The translations under genes were made by a program, and so were the position numbers. 64,000 bases of DNA, taken from the NCBI GenBank assembly GCA_019744845.1, contig JAIETW010000001.1, positions 354,859-418,858 on the forward strand, written 5' to 3'. This DNA comes from Patescibacteria group bacterium. Lineage in GTDB: Bacteria > Patescibacteriota > Minisyncoccia > Phycocordibacterales > Phycocordibacteraceae. Within the stretch, counting starts at the first letter, position 1; each line of letters starts with the position of its first letter. The notes beneath the pieces were generated by a model. It searched no databases and had not been told where the DNA came from. It saw only the letters and a program-made list of their open reading frames with translations. Positions 9,634-18,854 of the stretch are shown piece after piece.

Positions 9634-10115
9634 AACATAAACTGGATCGCAATCTTCGTAAGGCACACCTTCCTCCTGCGGAACGAGAGTTTTTACTTTC
9701 GCGCATTGAGCAGATAGAAGAGAAAATATGGGAAGATGTAAAAGATCTCACTCCAGATATTGAACACCGGCTGCATCAGTTGGTCGTTGCAAAGAATGTA
9801 GACCAACACATGATTGAGGCAGAGCTTAAGAAAACCGGAGAGCTTATAAATATTGCCGGGCTCCCTATCATCGCCGCAGTGCTCACCGCAGTTGCAAAGT
9901 ACGGCTCCCCTGATTTTTCTATTCCACCTGATGCACTTGAACGTATCACCACCGGACAAGGTGGTGCAGCGGTGGCTACCGTACTCCTTATGTGGGCCGC
10001 TACCCACATGGGTGCAGCGGCCTATGCGCTCGTGCGCGAAGAGCTTGCAAACCGAAGAAAATTGGATGGCGTTGCAGACGCTTTTGATACCTATGATGGA
10101 ACCGACTCATTTTGA
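9615..10115 (+). CDS. Hypothetical protein with C-terminal hydrophobic hairpin
   Basis: 166-aa ORF, protein-like composition. Confidence 0.55.
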   Translation: MAEESLKHKLDRNLRKAHLPPAEREFLLSRIEQIEEKIWEDVKDLTPDIEHRLHQLVVAKNVDQHMIEAELKKTGELINIAGLPIIAAVLTAVAKYGSPDFSIPPDALERITTGQGGAAVATVLLMWAATHMGAAAYALVREELANRRKLDGVADAFDTYDGTDSF

Positions 10116-10221
10116 TGCCCTTCTACAACAGCTCGCGACCCTGAAAGAGAGGGACCCGCAGGCGTATCTTGCCCTTCTTGAAAAAGTGCAGGAGATGCTG
10201 AAAGAGCTGAAAGAAGATTAA
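10093..10221 (+). CDS. Small helical hypothetical protein (42 aa)
   Basis: MMEPTHFDALLQQLATLKERDPQAYLALLEKVQEMLKELKED; fills the gap up to the purD stop. Confidence 0.45.
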   Translation: MMEPTHFDALLQQLATLKERDPQAYLALLEKVQEMLKELKED

Positions 10222-11480
10222 AGTGCCTTCTGACCAATGTCAGAGCGGTACTGTGCACCCTCAAAGGAAATCTTCTTCACTCCCGCATATGCGGCATCAA
10301 GTGCCATAGAAAGGGTCTCTCCTGTTGCGGTCACGTTAAGCACACGGCCACCGTTGGTGAGTATGTCGTCACGATCGCGCTTGGTGCCCGCATGGAAGAC
10401 CACCACGCTTCCTTCTTCTGCATCTGTAAGGCCCGTGATCACCTTTCCTTTTTCGTAGGAGCCTGGGTACCCGCCCGACGCCATCGACACACAGGCAACG
10501 GAATCCGTACCCCAGGAAAGAAACACATCTTTCAAGTCTCCTTTTGCAGATGCGAGAAGCACCGGCACAATATCGCTATCAAGCAGGCGCATATACGCCT
10601 GTGTCTCAGGGTCCCCAAAGCGAGCATTAAACTCAATGACCTTTGGACCATCGGTGGTCAACATGATGCCGGGATACAAAAGACCTGAGAATGGCCGCCC
10701 CTTCTTCTCTAGTGCAGAGAGAAGTGGAAGTACGATCTCATCTCGTACCTGATCCATGACCTCTGAGGATACCTGTGCGAGTGGCGCAACGACACCCATC
10801 CCTCCAGTGTTTGGCCCCTCATCATTATCAAATATCCTCTTATGATCCTGTGAGGACGGAAACATGAGTGCTTTAGTGCCTGCGCAAATGGCATGTGTAG
10901 AAAACTCAAGGCCGCTCATAAACTCCTCAATCACCACTTCATTTCCTGAGGTACCAAACTTTGCATCCACAAAACATTCCTTCAGTGCATCTTCTGCTTC
11001 CTGATGCGTGTACGCAATCGTGACCCCCTTTCCAAGCGCAAGACCACTTGCCTTCACCACAATCGGAAGAGTCTGTTCTTTTACATACGCAACGGCTGAA
11101 TCAAAGTCAGTAAAGGTTTCGCTTGCTGCAGTCGGAATGCCTGCCTCTTTCATGATCCCTTTGGCATATGCTTTAGACCACTCAACCTCTGCTGCTGCTT
11201 TGGTAGGACCAAACGCAAGGATATTTTCTGCGTGAAGTGCATCTACAATTCCACCTGCAAGTAAGTCATCAGGGCCCACCACCACAAGTTCAATGTCTCG
11301 CTCTTTCACTGCCGCAATAACGGCCGTGTGATCGTTTGGATCAATCGGGAGATTCTCCCCTACCTCACTACTCCCTCCATTACCCGACGCGATGTATACC
11401 TTCTCTACGAGCGGAGACTGCGCAATCTTCCATGCAAGTGCGTGTTCTCTTCCGCCAGATCCAAGGACAAGAATGTTCAT
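10218..11480 (-). CDS. purD: Phosphoribosylamine--glycine ligase
   Basis: GSGGREHALAWK, GPNTGGMG, EFNARFGDPE, GGRVL. Confidence 0.96.
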   Translation of the reverse strand: MNILVLGSGGREHALAWKIAQSPLVEKVYIASGNGGSSEVGENLPIDPNDHTAVIAAVKERDIELVVVGPDDLLAGGIVDALHAENILAFGPTKAAAEVEWSKAYAKGIMKEAGIPTAASETFTDFDSAVAYVKEQTLPIVVKASGLALGKGVTIAYTHQEAEDALKECFVDAKFGTSGNEVVIEEFMSGLEFSTHAICAGTKALMFPSSQDHKRIFDNDEGPNTGGMGVVAPLAQVSSEVMDQVRDEIVLPLLSALEKKGRPFSGLLYPGIMLTTDGPKVIEFNARFGDPETQAYMRLLDSDIVPVLLASAKGDLKDVFLSWGTDSVACVSMASGGYPGSYEKGKVITGLTDAEEGSVVVFHAGTKRDRDDILTNGGRVLNVTATGETLSMALDAAYAGVKKISFEGAQYRSDIGQKAL

Positions 11481-12616
11481 GACTGTATTGCTGTTGCAAC
11501 CGCCGGCACCACTCGCTCATCCAAAATGTCAGGAACAATGAATTCGGTAGTTGGGTTCTCTACAAGCGCCGCAATCGCTTGTGCCGCACGTACTTTCATA
11601 TCATCCGTGATCTTCCGCACCTTCCCATCAAGTGCGCCACGGAATACTCCTGGGAATACGAGCGCATTGTTTATCTGATTCGGAAAGTCAGAGCGTCCGG
11701 TCGCCATCACCGCAACTCCTGCAGCTTTTGCATCTTCAGGCATAATCTCAGGAACTGGATTTGCCATCGCAAAGACGATTGGACCTGCATTCATCATGCG
11801 CACCATCTCCTGTGAAAGGATGTGTGCCTTAGATACACCAATGAAGATGTCAGCGCCAGAGAGGGCGGCAGACAGATCTCCATCACGATCCCCCGCGATA
11901 GTACCTTCCGCAAGAATAGTCTGCTTCATTCCGTTAATATCCGTGCGTGTGCTACTGACGATTCCCTTACTATCCACCGCGCGAAGGGTAAGCCCTGGAT
12001 AGGCGCGCTTGAGAAGTCGCATGATGGCAACGCCTGCGGCCCCCACACCATTCACGACCGCCGTCATAGTATTCAAATCTTTCCCGACCACCTTTGATGC
12101 ATTAATGAGCCCGGCAAGCGTCACAATCGCGGTGCCATGCTGATCATCATGCATCACTGGAATATCTAGTTCCTCAATTAACCGCTGCTCAATTTCAAAA
12201 CATTGAGGTGCCGCAATATCTTCTAGGTTAATGCCCCCGAAGTTTGGTGCGACTGCTTTTACAATACGAATGATCTCTTCAGGATCCTTAGTGTCAAGCA
12301 CGAGTGGCCAGGCATCAATGCCTGCAAGCTGTTTGAATATAAGTGCTTTCCCTTCCATCACTGGAAGTGCGCCATACGGACCAATGTCCCCAAGACCAAG
12401 TACGGCGGTGCCGTCTGACACCACTGCCACACTGTTCCCTTTGATAGAAAGCTCGCGTGCATCTTCGGGATGTTCTGAAAGATGCATGGATACTTTTCCT
12501 ACACCGGGAGTGTAGTACACCGCAAAATCTTCTTTACTGGTAAGCGTTACTTTTCCTTTCGTTTCCACGCGCCCGCCCACCTTTCGGTAGATCTCAAGTA
12601 TCTCTTTTGCATCCAT
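11477..12616 (-). CDS. NAD(P)-dependent malic enzyme
   Basis: YTPGV, GDIGP, VMEGK, INLEDI, HDDQHGT, ANPVPEI, GRSDFPNQINN. Confidence 0.93.
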   Translation of the reverse strand: MDAKEILEIYRKVGGRVETKGKVTLTSKEDFAVYYTPGVGKVSMHLSEHPEDARELSIKGNSVAVVSDGTAVLGLGDIGPYGALPVMEGKALIFKQLAGIDAWPLVLDTKDPEEIIRIVKAVAPNFGGINLEDIAAPQCFEIEQRLIEELDIPVMHDDQHGTAIVTLAGLINASKVVGKDLNTMTAVVNGVGAAGVAIMRLLKRAYPGLTLRAVDSKGIVSSTRTDINGMKQTILAEGTIAGDRDGDLSAALSGADIFIGVSKAHILSQEMVRMMNAGPIVFAMANPVPEIMPEDAKAAGVAVMATGRSDFPNQINNALVFPGVFRGALDGKVRKITDDMKVRAAQAIAALVENPTTEFIVPDILDERVVPAVATAIQS

Positions 12617-12641
12617 AGATGCCCCCATACTAGCAGATACT

Positions 12642-12675
12642 GAAAACCCACGAAGTGGATGCTTCGTGGGTTTTC
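12642..12675. terminator. Intrinsic terminator
   Basis: GAAAACCCACGAAG-loop-CTTCGTGGGTTTTC. Confidence 0.85.
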
Positions 12676-12689
12676 ACACTCTCCCCTGT

Positions 12690-14357
12690 TTAGCGACTAA
12701 AAAGGGTCTTGAGGCTCTCCAGCATACTCTTCAACTGGCCCTCCATAGCCGAAAGTGCGGCGGCTTCAAGAGGAGGGGTAAAGCGTGATTCGCGTACTCC
12801 CACAGTAATACTTTTCTCTACCGCAGGGCCATCCTTTTCGCTATTCGGATCTTGGTTTACACAGATCATGCGGTAGGTCGTCTCTCTATATGGATAGACG
12901 TCCATTGAGTCGCTTACTCCTACATCCTGCTCTGATCCTTCTGTTGACTGGAGTACACAACGGTTTGCATTGGTTGTTTGCCAGCTGAGTGTGGCAGGCG
13001 TACCAACGACCACTCGTGTCGGAAGCGCACGGAATGAAAGAGTAGGAGGGATGGAGTAATCTGTCGTCGGAGGACGCGGAGTCTCTGTTTCTACATACAC
13101 CGTGGTGGAACATCCTATCTTCCCTCCCGTTGCACCATAGAAGGTGTATGAGTAGGTTTTATCTCCCATCACCTGGTAGGTCTCACTGCCACTTGCGGGA
13201 AGCTTATCGCCACCGGGGCCGACGGCATACGAGGTGTATTTACTACTCCACGAAATCGTGACTGACTGTTTCATTGGCACGCGACTCTTACTTGCAGTCA
13301 CAGAACAGCTTGGCTGCGCATCCTTCACTGGTTGTTCTATGTGTATTGCTGCACTTCCTGCCAAATTAGTCTCGTTCAATGAGCGACTTCCATTTGGTTT
13401 GTACAGGCTCGCAATGTAGATCCCATACGGAAGTGGTGAGGTGACCGTGTGTTTCCACTTCGTGTCAACGGCAATATCGCTTATATACGCACGATCCTTA
13501 TCGCCAAAGGTTTTATCAAGTGTCAGTGTGGCACGCCCTACCCAATTCGCCGTTCCAGAAATTTCTGGAGTGGTAGTGTAATACGTTCCTGGATAAATAC
13601 CAGGTTTTACGGTCGGTTCATCGGTTGGGTCATCCTCTATATCTCCCTCTACCAACACACGCACCTCACAGAGAGGGGTGTATGCACCTTCAAGTCCACC
13701 TGAACTAATCGCAAAACCAAGTTGACCGGCATATTCACCCACATATGTCTTCATCCCTTTCTTCTTCACCTCAAGCGCTCTTCCTGCCTTTATATTCTCG
13801 TACAGTACCGGATTCGCTATGTTCTTCGTGCTCCACTTAATACGGAAGGACTCCCCAATCTCTACCTCAGATTTATTGGTAGTGATGGTGCAAGACGGTT
13901 GATCTTTCTTACGTCCCACGGTAACCGTCACCTGATTCAAAATCACTTCTCCACTATTCTTGAGACCGTACAACGTTGCCGTGTAGGTACCGGCGCGTGC
14001 GTATGTATGCTCGGTGTACTGCACATATGAATTACATGCGTCTGCAGGAAATCGGAGGTCCTCATCATCTCCGTCACCAAACGAGAGACGATAGCCCCCG
14101 CCCTCACATGACTTTTCCTGGTTCATTACGTACTTAAACGTAGCGGTGAGTGGATCATTCGCATCCACCTCCACTGACATTTGATTCGCATTCCCTGGAA
14201 CTGACGGTCCTCCAGTATCATTTTGGAGCGCTCTCAACTGCTCTTGTAGCTGTTGAATTTGCATAAGGAGTGCAGGAACAGTCTGTGCCGAGGCGTGCAC
14301 TGGTGCCACAAAGAACATGAGCCCAACCACTGCAACAACGATAGAACGTGCGTTCAT
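12690..14357 (-). CDS. Secreted surface protein with PKD/Ig-like repeats
   Basis: Signal peptide, QIQQLQEQL coil, FGDG...HTY..GTY PKD motif, repeated PSC..W.S/T modules. Confidence 0.75.
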   Translation of the reverse strand: MNARSIVVAVVGLMFFVAPVHASAQTVPALLMQIQQLQEQLRALQNDTGGPSVPGNANQMSVEVDANDPLTATFKYVMNQEKSCEGGGYRLSFGDGDDEDLRFPADACNSYVQYTEHTYARAGTYTATLYGLKNSGEVILNQVTVTVGRKKDQPSCTITTNKSEVEIGESFRIKWSTKNIANPVLYENIKAGRALEVKKKGMKTYVGEYAGQLGFAISSGGLEGAYTPLCEVRVLVEGDIEDDPTDEPTVKPGIYPGTYYTTTPEISGTANWVGRATLTLDKTFGDKDRAYISDIAVDTKWKHTVTSPLPYGIYIASLYKPNGSRSLNETNLAGSAAIHIEQPVKDAQPSCSVTASKSRVPMKQSVTISWSSKYTSYAVGPGGDKLPASGSETYQVMGDKTYSYTFYGATGGKIGCSTTVYVETETPRPPTTDYSIPPTLSFRALPTRVVVGTPATLSWQTTNANRCVLQSTEGSEQDVGVSDSMDVYPYRETTYRMICVNQDPNSEKDGPAVEKSITVGVRESRFTPPLEAAALSAMEGQLKSMLESLKTLFSR

Positions 14358-14433
14358 ACAAGATAGATACGAATAGGGGTATACACCAAGCATACCCCGG
14401 GAATATGAAGTCGCCTGACTGAGCCGTGGATAC

Positions 14434-15597
14434 CTACAGTCCTGACGCCTGAAGCGCCGCCTTGGTACGAGGCCCTATAGATCCTGTCTGCTCTAAACCT
14501 TTGGAGGCCTGGAATACCTTAAGTGCACGGGTGGTGCAGGGCCCTGCGTATCCTGAGACCGGGCACCCTATGAGAAGTTCTCCTGCGGGAGGATAGAACC
14601 CAAGTGAGTGGAGCGCCACCTGAAGCGCATAGATCTGCGGACTTGCCGTCCCCTCTTCTATTTCTTCCGCCTTCCATACATATGGTAGTGCGAGCGTGTA
14701 ATCTCCGAGCACTGGATTTCCAAAGAACTCTTCTACTCCTTTATATGTCTGATAGGCAAAATCATCTGTCACGACTCCACGTGCTTCAGGGTAGGTGATC
14801 TTAGACTCATAGATATACGCGTACTCCACTAATACCGTCGCAAACTCTGCAGTGTTATTGGAGCCCATTGCAATGAGACTCTGACTGGGAACCACCCCAT
14901 AATTCTCAATGGGGAGCGTAGAAGTTGCATTCCATTTATTTAAATTTTTTGCGAGCGCTTCCCCCAATGCGGTGCTTCCTGACGCGTTCCCATAGTGCTC
15001 ATCCGGCACATACACTGCAAACCCAGAATGAACACCGGGAGATGCAAGACCGTGTCCCATGTGGTCATTCAAATGTACGTGAATCGCGAGATCTATCCCA
15101 TACTCATTTGCCCATTTATTAATCCCATACAAACGAAGTGCGACATCGGTCGCTGCTGCATTGTGCTCCACCTGAAACTCGCGCTCTTCTACCGCGCCTT
15201 TTCGCAGCATCTTCTGCATCTCCTTCTTCTTGTCTTTCACAAATCGCTGTATCCCTTTCCAGTTACGATCAAAATATCCTTCAAGTTCTGGGTGCCAGGC
15301 AAGGGTATCGCGCGCCACAATCACTTCGTAGCGTGGATTGGCCTCCAGATGCGCCGCAATCTTATTCGCAATCTCTACCGCAATGTCACGCTCCTTAAGG
15401 GTTCTATATTCCGCACCACCGTACTCAGGCTCGTGCCCCGGCATCACAAGGATTCGGACCTTTTCTCCCCCCGCCGCTGCAGCCTCGTACTTCAGAAGAA
15501 GATCTTCTTTAGTTGAGGTGACCGGAAAGGCTGCATGCACATACGCAAATGGCACCGCGACTGCACAAAGAAGGAATACGGCTACGATGCGGTGCAT
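14434..15597 (-). CDS. N-acetylmuramoyl-L-alanine amidase (Amidase_3) with C-terminal peptidoglycan-binding domain
   Basis: MPGH..E, HVHLN, VLVE; LQVAL..LGF...FQ..GL..TG.IGP.T. Confidence 0.85.
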   Translation of the reverse strand: MHRIVAVFLLCAVAVPFAYVHAAFPVTSTKEDLLLKYEAAAAGGEKVRILVMPGHEPEYGGAEYRTLKERDIAVEIANKIAAHLEANPRYEVIVARDTLAWHPELEGYFDRNWKGIQRFVKDKKKEMQKMLRKGAVEEREFQVEHNAAATDVALRLYGINKWANEYGIDLAIHVHLNDHMGHGLASPGVHSGFAVYVPDEHYGNASGSTALGEALAKNLNKWNATSTLPIENYGVVPSQSLIAMGSNNTAEFATVLVEYAYIYESKITYPEARGVVTDDFAYQTYKGVEEFFGNPVLGDYTLALPYVWKAEEIEEGTASPQIYALQVALHSLGFYPPAGELLIGCPVSGYAGPCTTRALKVFQASKGLEQTGSIGPRTKAALQASGL

Positions 15598-15636
15598 AGA
15601 TACCACGTATAGTAGCGCACCTAGTCATGAAGAACG

Positions 15637-15668
15637 AAAGAAGCGCGGTGTACGCCGCGCTTCTTTTT
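15637..15668. terminator. Intrinsic terminator
   Basis: AAAGAAGCGCGG-loop-CCGCGCTTCTTTTT. Confidence 0.85.
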
Positions 15669-15670
15669 GT

Positions 15671-16507
15671 TTATTCAAGAGTGAAATACTCGTCACTTAT
15701 ATCCTGTGCGAGAGTTGCACCATCTTTCCCTCCAGAGGCCTTCGCGCCGATCGTGACGCGAGCCCAGTAGTCGCCGGGAGCAAGGTTATACCCCGCAGTC
15801 TGGATAAGCTTGCCGCTTACTGAATCCTTTCCGTTCTTTGCTTTCTTACAGGACTTCTCTCCAGGAAACGCAAACATCCCTCCGACTGCGCCACGACGCT
15901 CAAGGGTCGTACACACGGTGCTGCCCTTTGGCACTCCTTCTGCCTCCCACTTGATTGCAAGTTTCTTTCCAGAACCTGCCACATACTCCTCGTCTCCGTT
16001 TGGAGAGACAATTTCTACCGTCGTTCCGGTAGAGCTCACGGGATCTAGCGTGGTGCCCGCCGTATTAGAGACGATAAATGTGCGTTCTTTTCCTTTCTTT
16101 GAAAGAAGCTTCCCTGCAGGAGCGTGGTCGCATCCTTTTACATTACATTCACGAAGTTCTACCTTCACTGAATACTTCCCTGGAATAGTCGGATTGAGGC
16201 CCCAGTCCTGCGTAAAGCCACCAGTGGTCTGACCTGCATAGAGAGTGTGCTGGTAGCTACTGCCTGAGGAGTATCCTACGGAAGGACTCTTCGTGTCTTC
16301 CTTTTCAAGTTTAAACGTAGTCACGACGACCATGGGACGGTTCACATTCTCAAGCTCCCACGTCACGGGCATCTTGCTCGTGCGATCATAGCTCGCGCCC
16401 TTCACAGGAAGACCGACCGAAACGGACGGCTTTGCAGAAGCGGCAAAGGTGCCATGAGGGAGCACAAAGAACGAAAGAACCAAGAGGGTGAGAGTAAGTG
16501 TACGCAT
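15671..16507 (-). CDS. Secreted two-domain beta-sandwich protein
   Basis: Signal peptide; SPNGDE..W..SDEYFT Ig-like module. Confidence 0.6.
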   Translation of the reverse strand: MRTLTLTLLVLSFFVLPHGTFAASAKPSVSVGLPVKGASYDRTSKMPVTWELENVNRPMVVVTTFKLEKEDTKSPSVGYSSGSSYQHTLYAGQTTGGFTQDWGLNPTIPGKYSVKVELRECNVKGCDHAPAGKLLSKKGKERTFIVSNTAGTTLDPVSSTGTTVEIVSPNGDEEYVAGSGKKLAIKWEAEGVPKGSTVCTTLERRGAVGGMFAFPGEKSCKKAKNGKDSVSGKLIQTAGYNLAPGDYWARVTIGAKASGGKDGATLAQDISDEYFTLE

Positions 16508-16591
16508 AAGTAAGTAGCTAAATAACAAGATGACTATGGCACATACAATTGAGTGTGTAAATCATCGCGCATACTCTATATACTACTGAGT

Positions 16592-18757
16592 ATGTTGCCC
16601 GCCGATCCTATTGAGAAACATTTCACACGGCTCAAGCCCGATCAGAAACGAGCGCTTAAGAAGCTTGGGATTGAAACTATCCGAGATCTTCTCTCTCACT
16701 ACCCTGCACGATATGAAACGAGCGGACCTGCAGGCACTATCACGGGCGCGACATTCGGTACCGAAGTGACACTGTATGGAACCATACGGAAACCAGAAAC
16801 GAAGAAGTCGTGGAAGAGTAAGCGACCTATGGCAGAAGCGTGGCTTGAGGATGCGAGCGGTCGCATAAAGCTGCGTTGGTTCTCCCAGCCCTACATCGCG
16901 AAGATGCTTCAAGACGGTGCCGTGGTGAAGGTGACAGGAAAAGTGACTGGTTCTTCTGAAAAACCATATCTCGCAAACCCCGAGATAGATCGCTCCCCTA
17001 TAAATCCTGAAGAGGCGCATGACTCTCTCTTTACCGAAGGGAACCTGCCTGACGAAGAATCGCTCTATCCCATTTACCCTGAAAGCAAGGGCGTATCCTC
17101 CCTCTGGTTTACCCATGCCATTAAGCGCGTGTTTGAAGCACGGGCGCACGAGCATATCCTGGATCCCATTCCGGAAGAGATTCTGTCTCGTTATAACCTC
17201 CCCTCTCTTTCAACCGCTCTAGTCTGGGTACACGCACCAAAGCGAAAGAAAGATGCAGATGTGGCACGGAAGCGATTCTCCTTTGAGCAAGTATTCGCGA
17301 TTCAGCTTGCCGTGCAATCACGCAAACAAGAATCACTCCAAGAGAAAGCTCTTGCGGTAGATGTAAATCTGAAATCCCTTGAAGAGTTTGTTGCTTCCTT
17401 CCCCTTCCCTCCGACTAACGCACAGCAGAAAGCGATTCACGAGATCGTAAAAGACTTTGAACAAGGGCACCCCATGCGTCGCCTTCTTGAAGGAGATGTC
17501 GGCAGCGGAAAGACGGCGGTGGCTGCAGCAACTGCGTACATGGTCGCCAACTCATATCCTGCAGGACGAAAGTCAGGGCACCTGCAAGTTGCCTATATGT
17601 GTCCAACTGAAATTCTCGCGAAGCAACACTTCTCCACCTTCGTCTCCTATTTTAAAGACCACCCTATCCCTATCGGCCTCATTACCGGAAGCGAGTGTCG
17701 CAAGTTCCCCTCCAAGATCCATCGCGAAGAATCCACCAAGATATCTCGTGCGCAGTTTGCGAAGTGGGTGGCGAACGGGGAAATTCCAATCGTGATTGGC
17801 ACGCACGCACTCGTGTACAAGTCCTTACAATTCCAAAACCTCGCCTACGCCATCATTGATGAGCAGCATCGCTTCGGCAAAGCACATCGGCAAAAGCTTG
17901 TGCGCAAAGAAGGCGTCTCTCCGCACCTTCTTTCCATGACCGCAACACCAATCCCCCGTACGCTCGCACTCTCTATTTATGGCGACCTGGATCTTTCACT
18001 TCTTGATGAAATGCCCGCAGGACGAAAGTCAGTGATCACCGAAATACTTGAGCCCGAGAAACGTGCTCATGCGTATGAGCGAGTGCGCGCTGAACTTGCA
18101 GAAGGACGCCAAGCCTATGTCATCTGCCCACGCATTGATGAACCTGACCCAACCAAAGAACTCGCCCTCCAAGCAAAGTCCGTGAAAGCAGAGGCAGCAC
18201 GCCTGAAACGTGAAGTGTTTCCTGACGCAGAGATAGATATCTTACACAGCAAAATGACGCCAAAGGATAAGGAAGACGTGATGGACCGCTTCAACAAAGG
18301 AGAAGTGCAGATCCTTGTCGCGACATCCGTGGTTGAGGTGGGCGTGAACGTACCAAACGCTACTGTCATTCTTATAGAAGGTGCAGAACGCTTTGGTCTC
18401 GCACAGCTGCATCAGCTTCGTGGACGTGTCATCCGCTCTACGAACCAGGCATACTGTTTTGCCCTTCCTGAAACGTACGGACAAGCAACGCGTGACCGTC
18501 TCAAAGCACTCTCTACCGCAAAGAACGGATTTGAACTTGCAGAGTACGATCTGTCTCTTCGTGGTGCAGGAGAATTGACCGGCGCACGACAGTGGGGTGT
18601 CTCAGATATCGCCATGGAAGCAATCAAGAATATAAAAATGGTAGAGGCCGCGCGGAAAGAAGCTGCTGCGCTCATTGCCCGAGATCCAGGTCTTACGGTG
18701 CACCCAATGCTTAAGGAACTTGCCGCACGTGCAGATGAGAGCGTGCATCCAGAATAG
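16592..18757 (+). CDS. recG: ATP-dependent DNA helicase RecG
   Basis: GDVGSGKT, IDEQHRFG, MTATPIPRT, QLRGRV. Confidence 0.96.
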   Translation: MLPADPIEKHFTRLKPDQKRALKKLGIETIRDLLSHYPARYETSGPAGTITGATFGTEVTLYGTIRKPETKKSWKSKRPMAEAWLEDASGRIKLRWFSQPYIAKMLQDGAVVKVTGKVTGSSEKPYLANPEIDRSPINPEEAHDSLFTEGNLPDEESLYPIYPESKGVSSLWFTHAIKRVFEARAHEHILDPIPEEILSRYNLPSLSTALVWVHAPKRKKDADVARKRFSFEQVFAIQLAVQSRKQESLQEKALAVDVNLKSLEEFVASFPFPPTNAQQKAIHEIVKDFEQGHPMRRLLEGDVGSGKTAVAAATAYMVANSYPAGRKSGHLQVAYMCPTEILAKQHFSTFVSYFKDHPIPIGLITGSECRKFPSKIHREESTKISRAQFAKWVANGEIPIVIGTHALVYKSLQFQNLAYAIIDEQHRFGKAHRQKLVRKEGVSPHLLSMTATPIPRTLALSIYGDLDLSLLDEMPAGRKSVITEILEPEKRAHAYERVRAELAEGRQAYVICPRIDEPDPTKELALQAKSVKAEAARLKREVFPDAEIDILHSKMTPKDKEDVMDRFNKGEVQILVATSVVEVGVNVPNATVILIEGAERFGLAQLHQLRGRVIRSTNQAYCFALPETYGQATRDRLKALSTAKNGFELAEYDLSLRGAGELTGARQWGVSDIAMEAIKNIKMVEAARKEAAALIARDPGLTVHPMLKELAARADESVHPE

Positions 18758-18780
18758 GCATGCGGTAGAGTACGAAACAA

Positions 18781-18854
18781 CCACCCGTAGCTCAGTTGGT
18801 TAGAGCACGGAGCTTATACCTCCGGGGTCCTTGGTTCGAGTCCAAGCGGGTGGA
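18781..18854 (+). tRNA. tRNA-Ile(TAT), CCA not encoded
   Basis: CCACCCG/CGGGTGG acceptor stem, CGGAG-CTTATAC-CTCCG anticodon arm, GTTCGAGTC T-loop. Confidence 0.9.
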
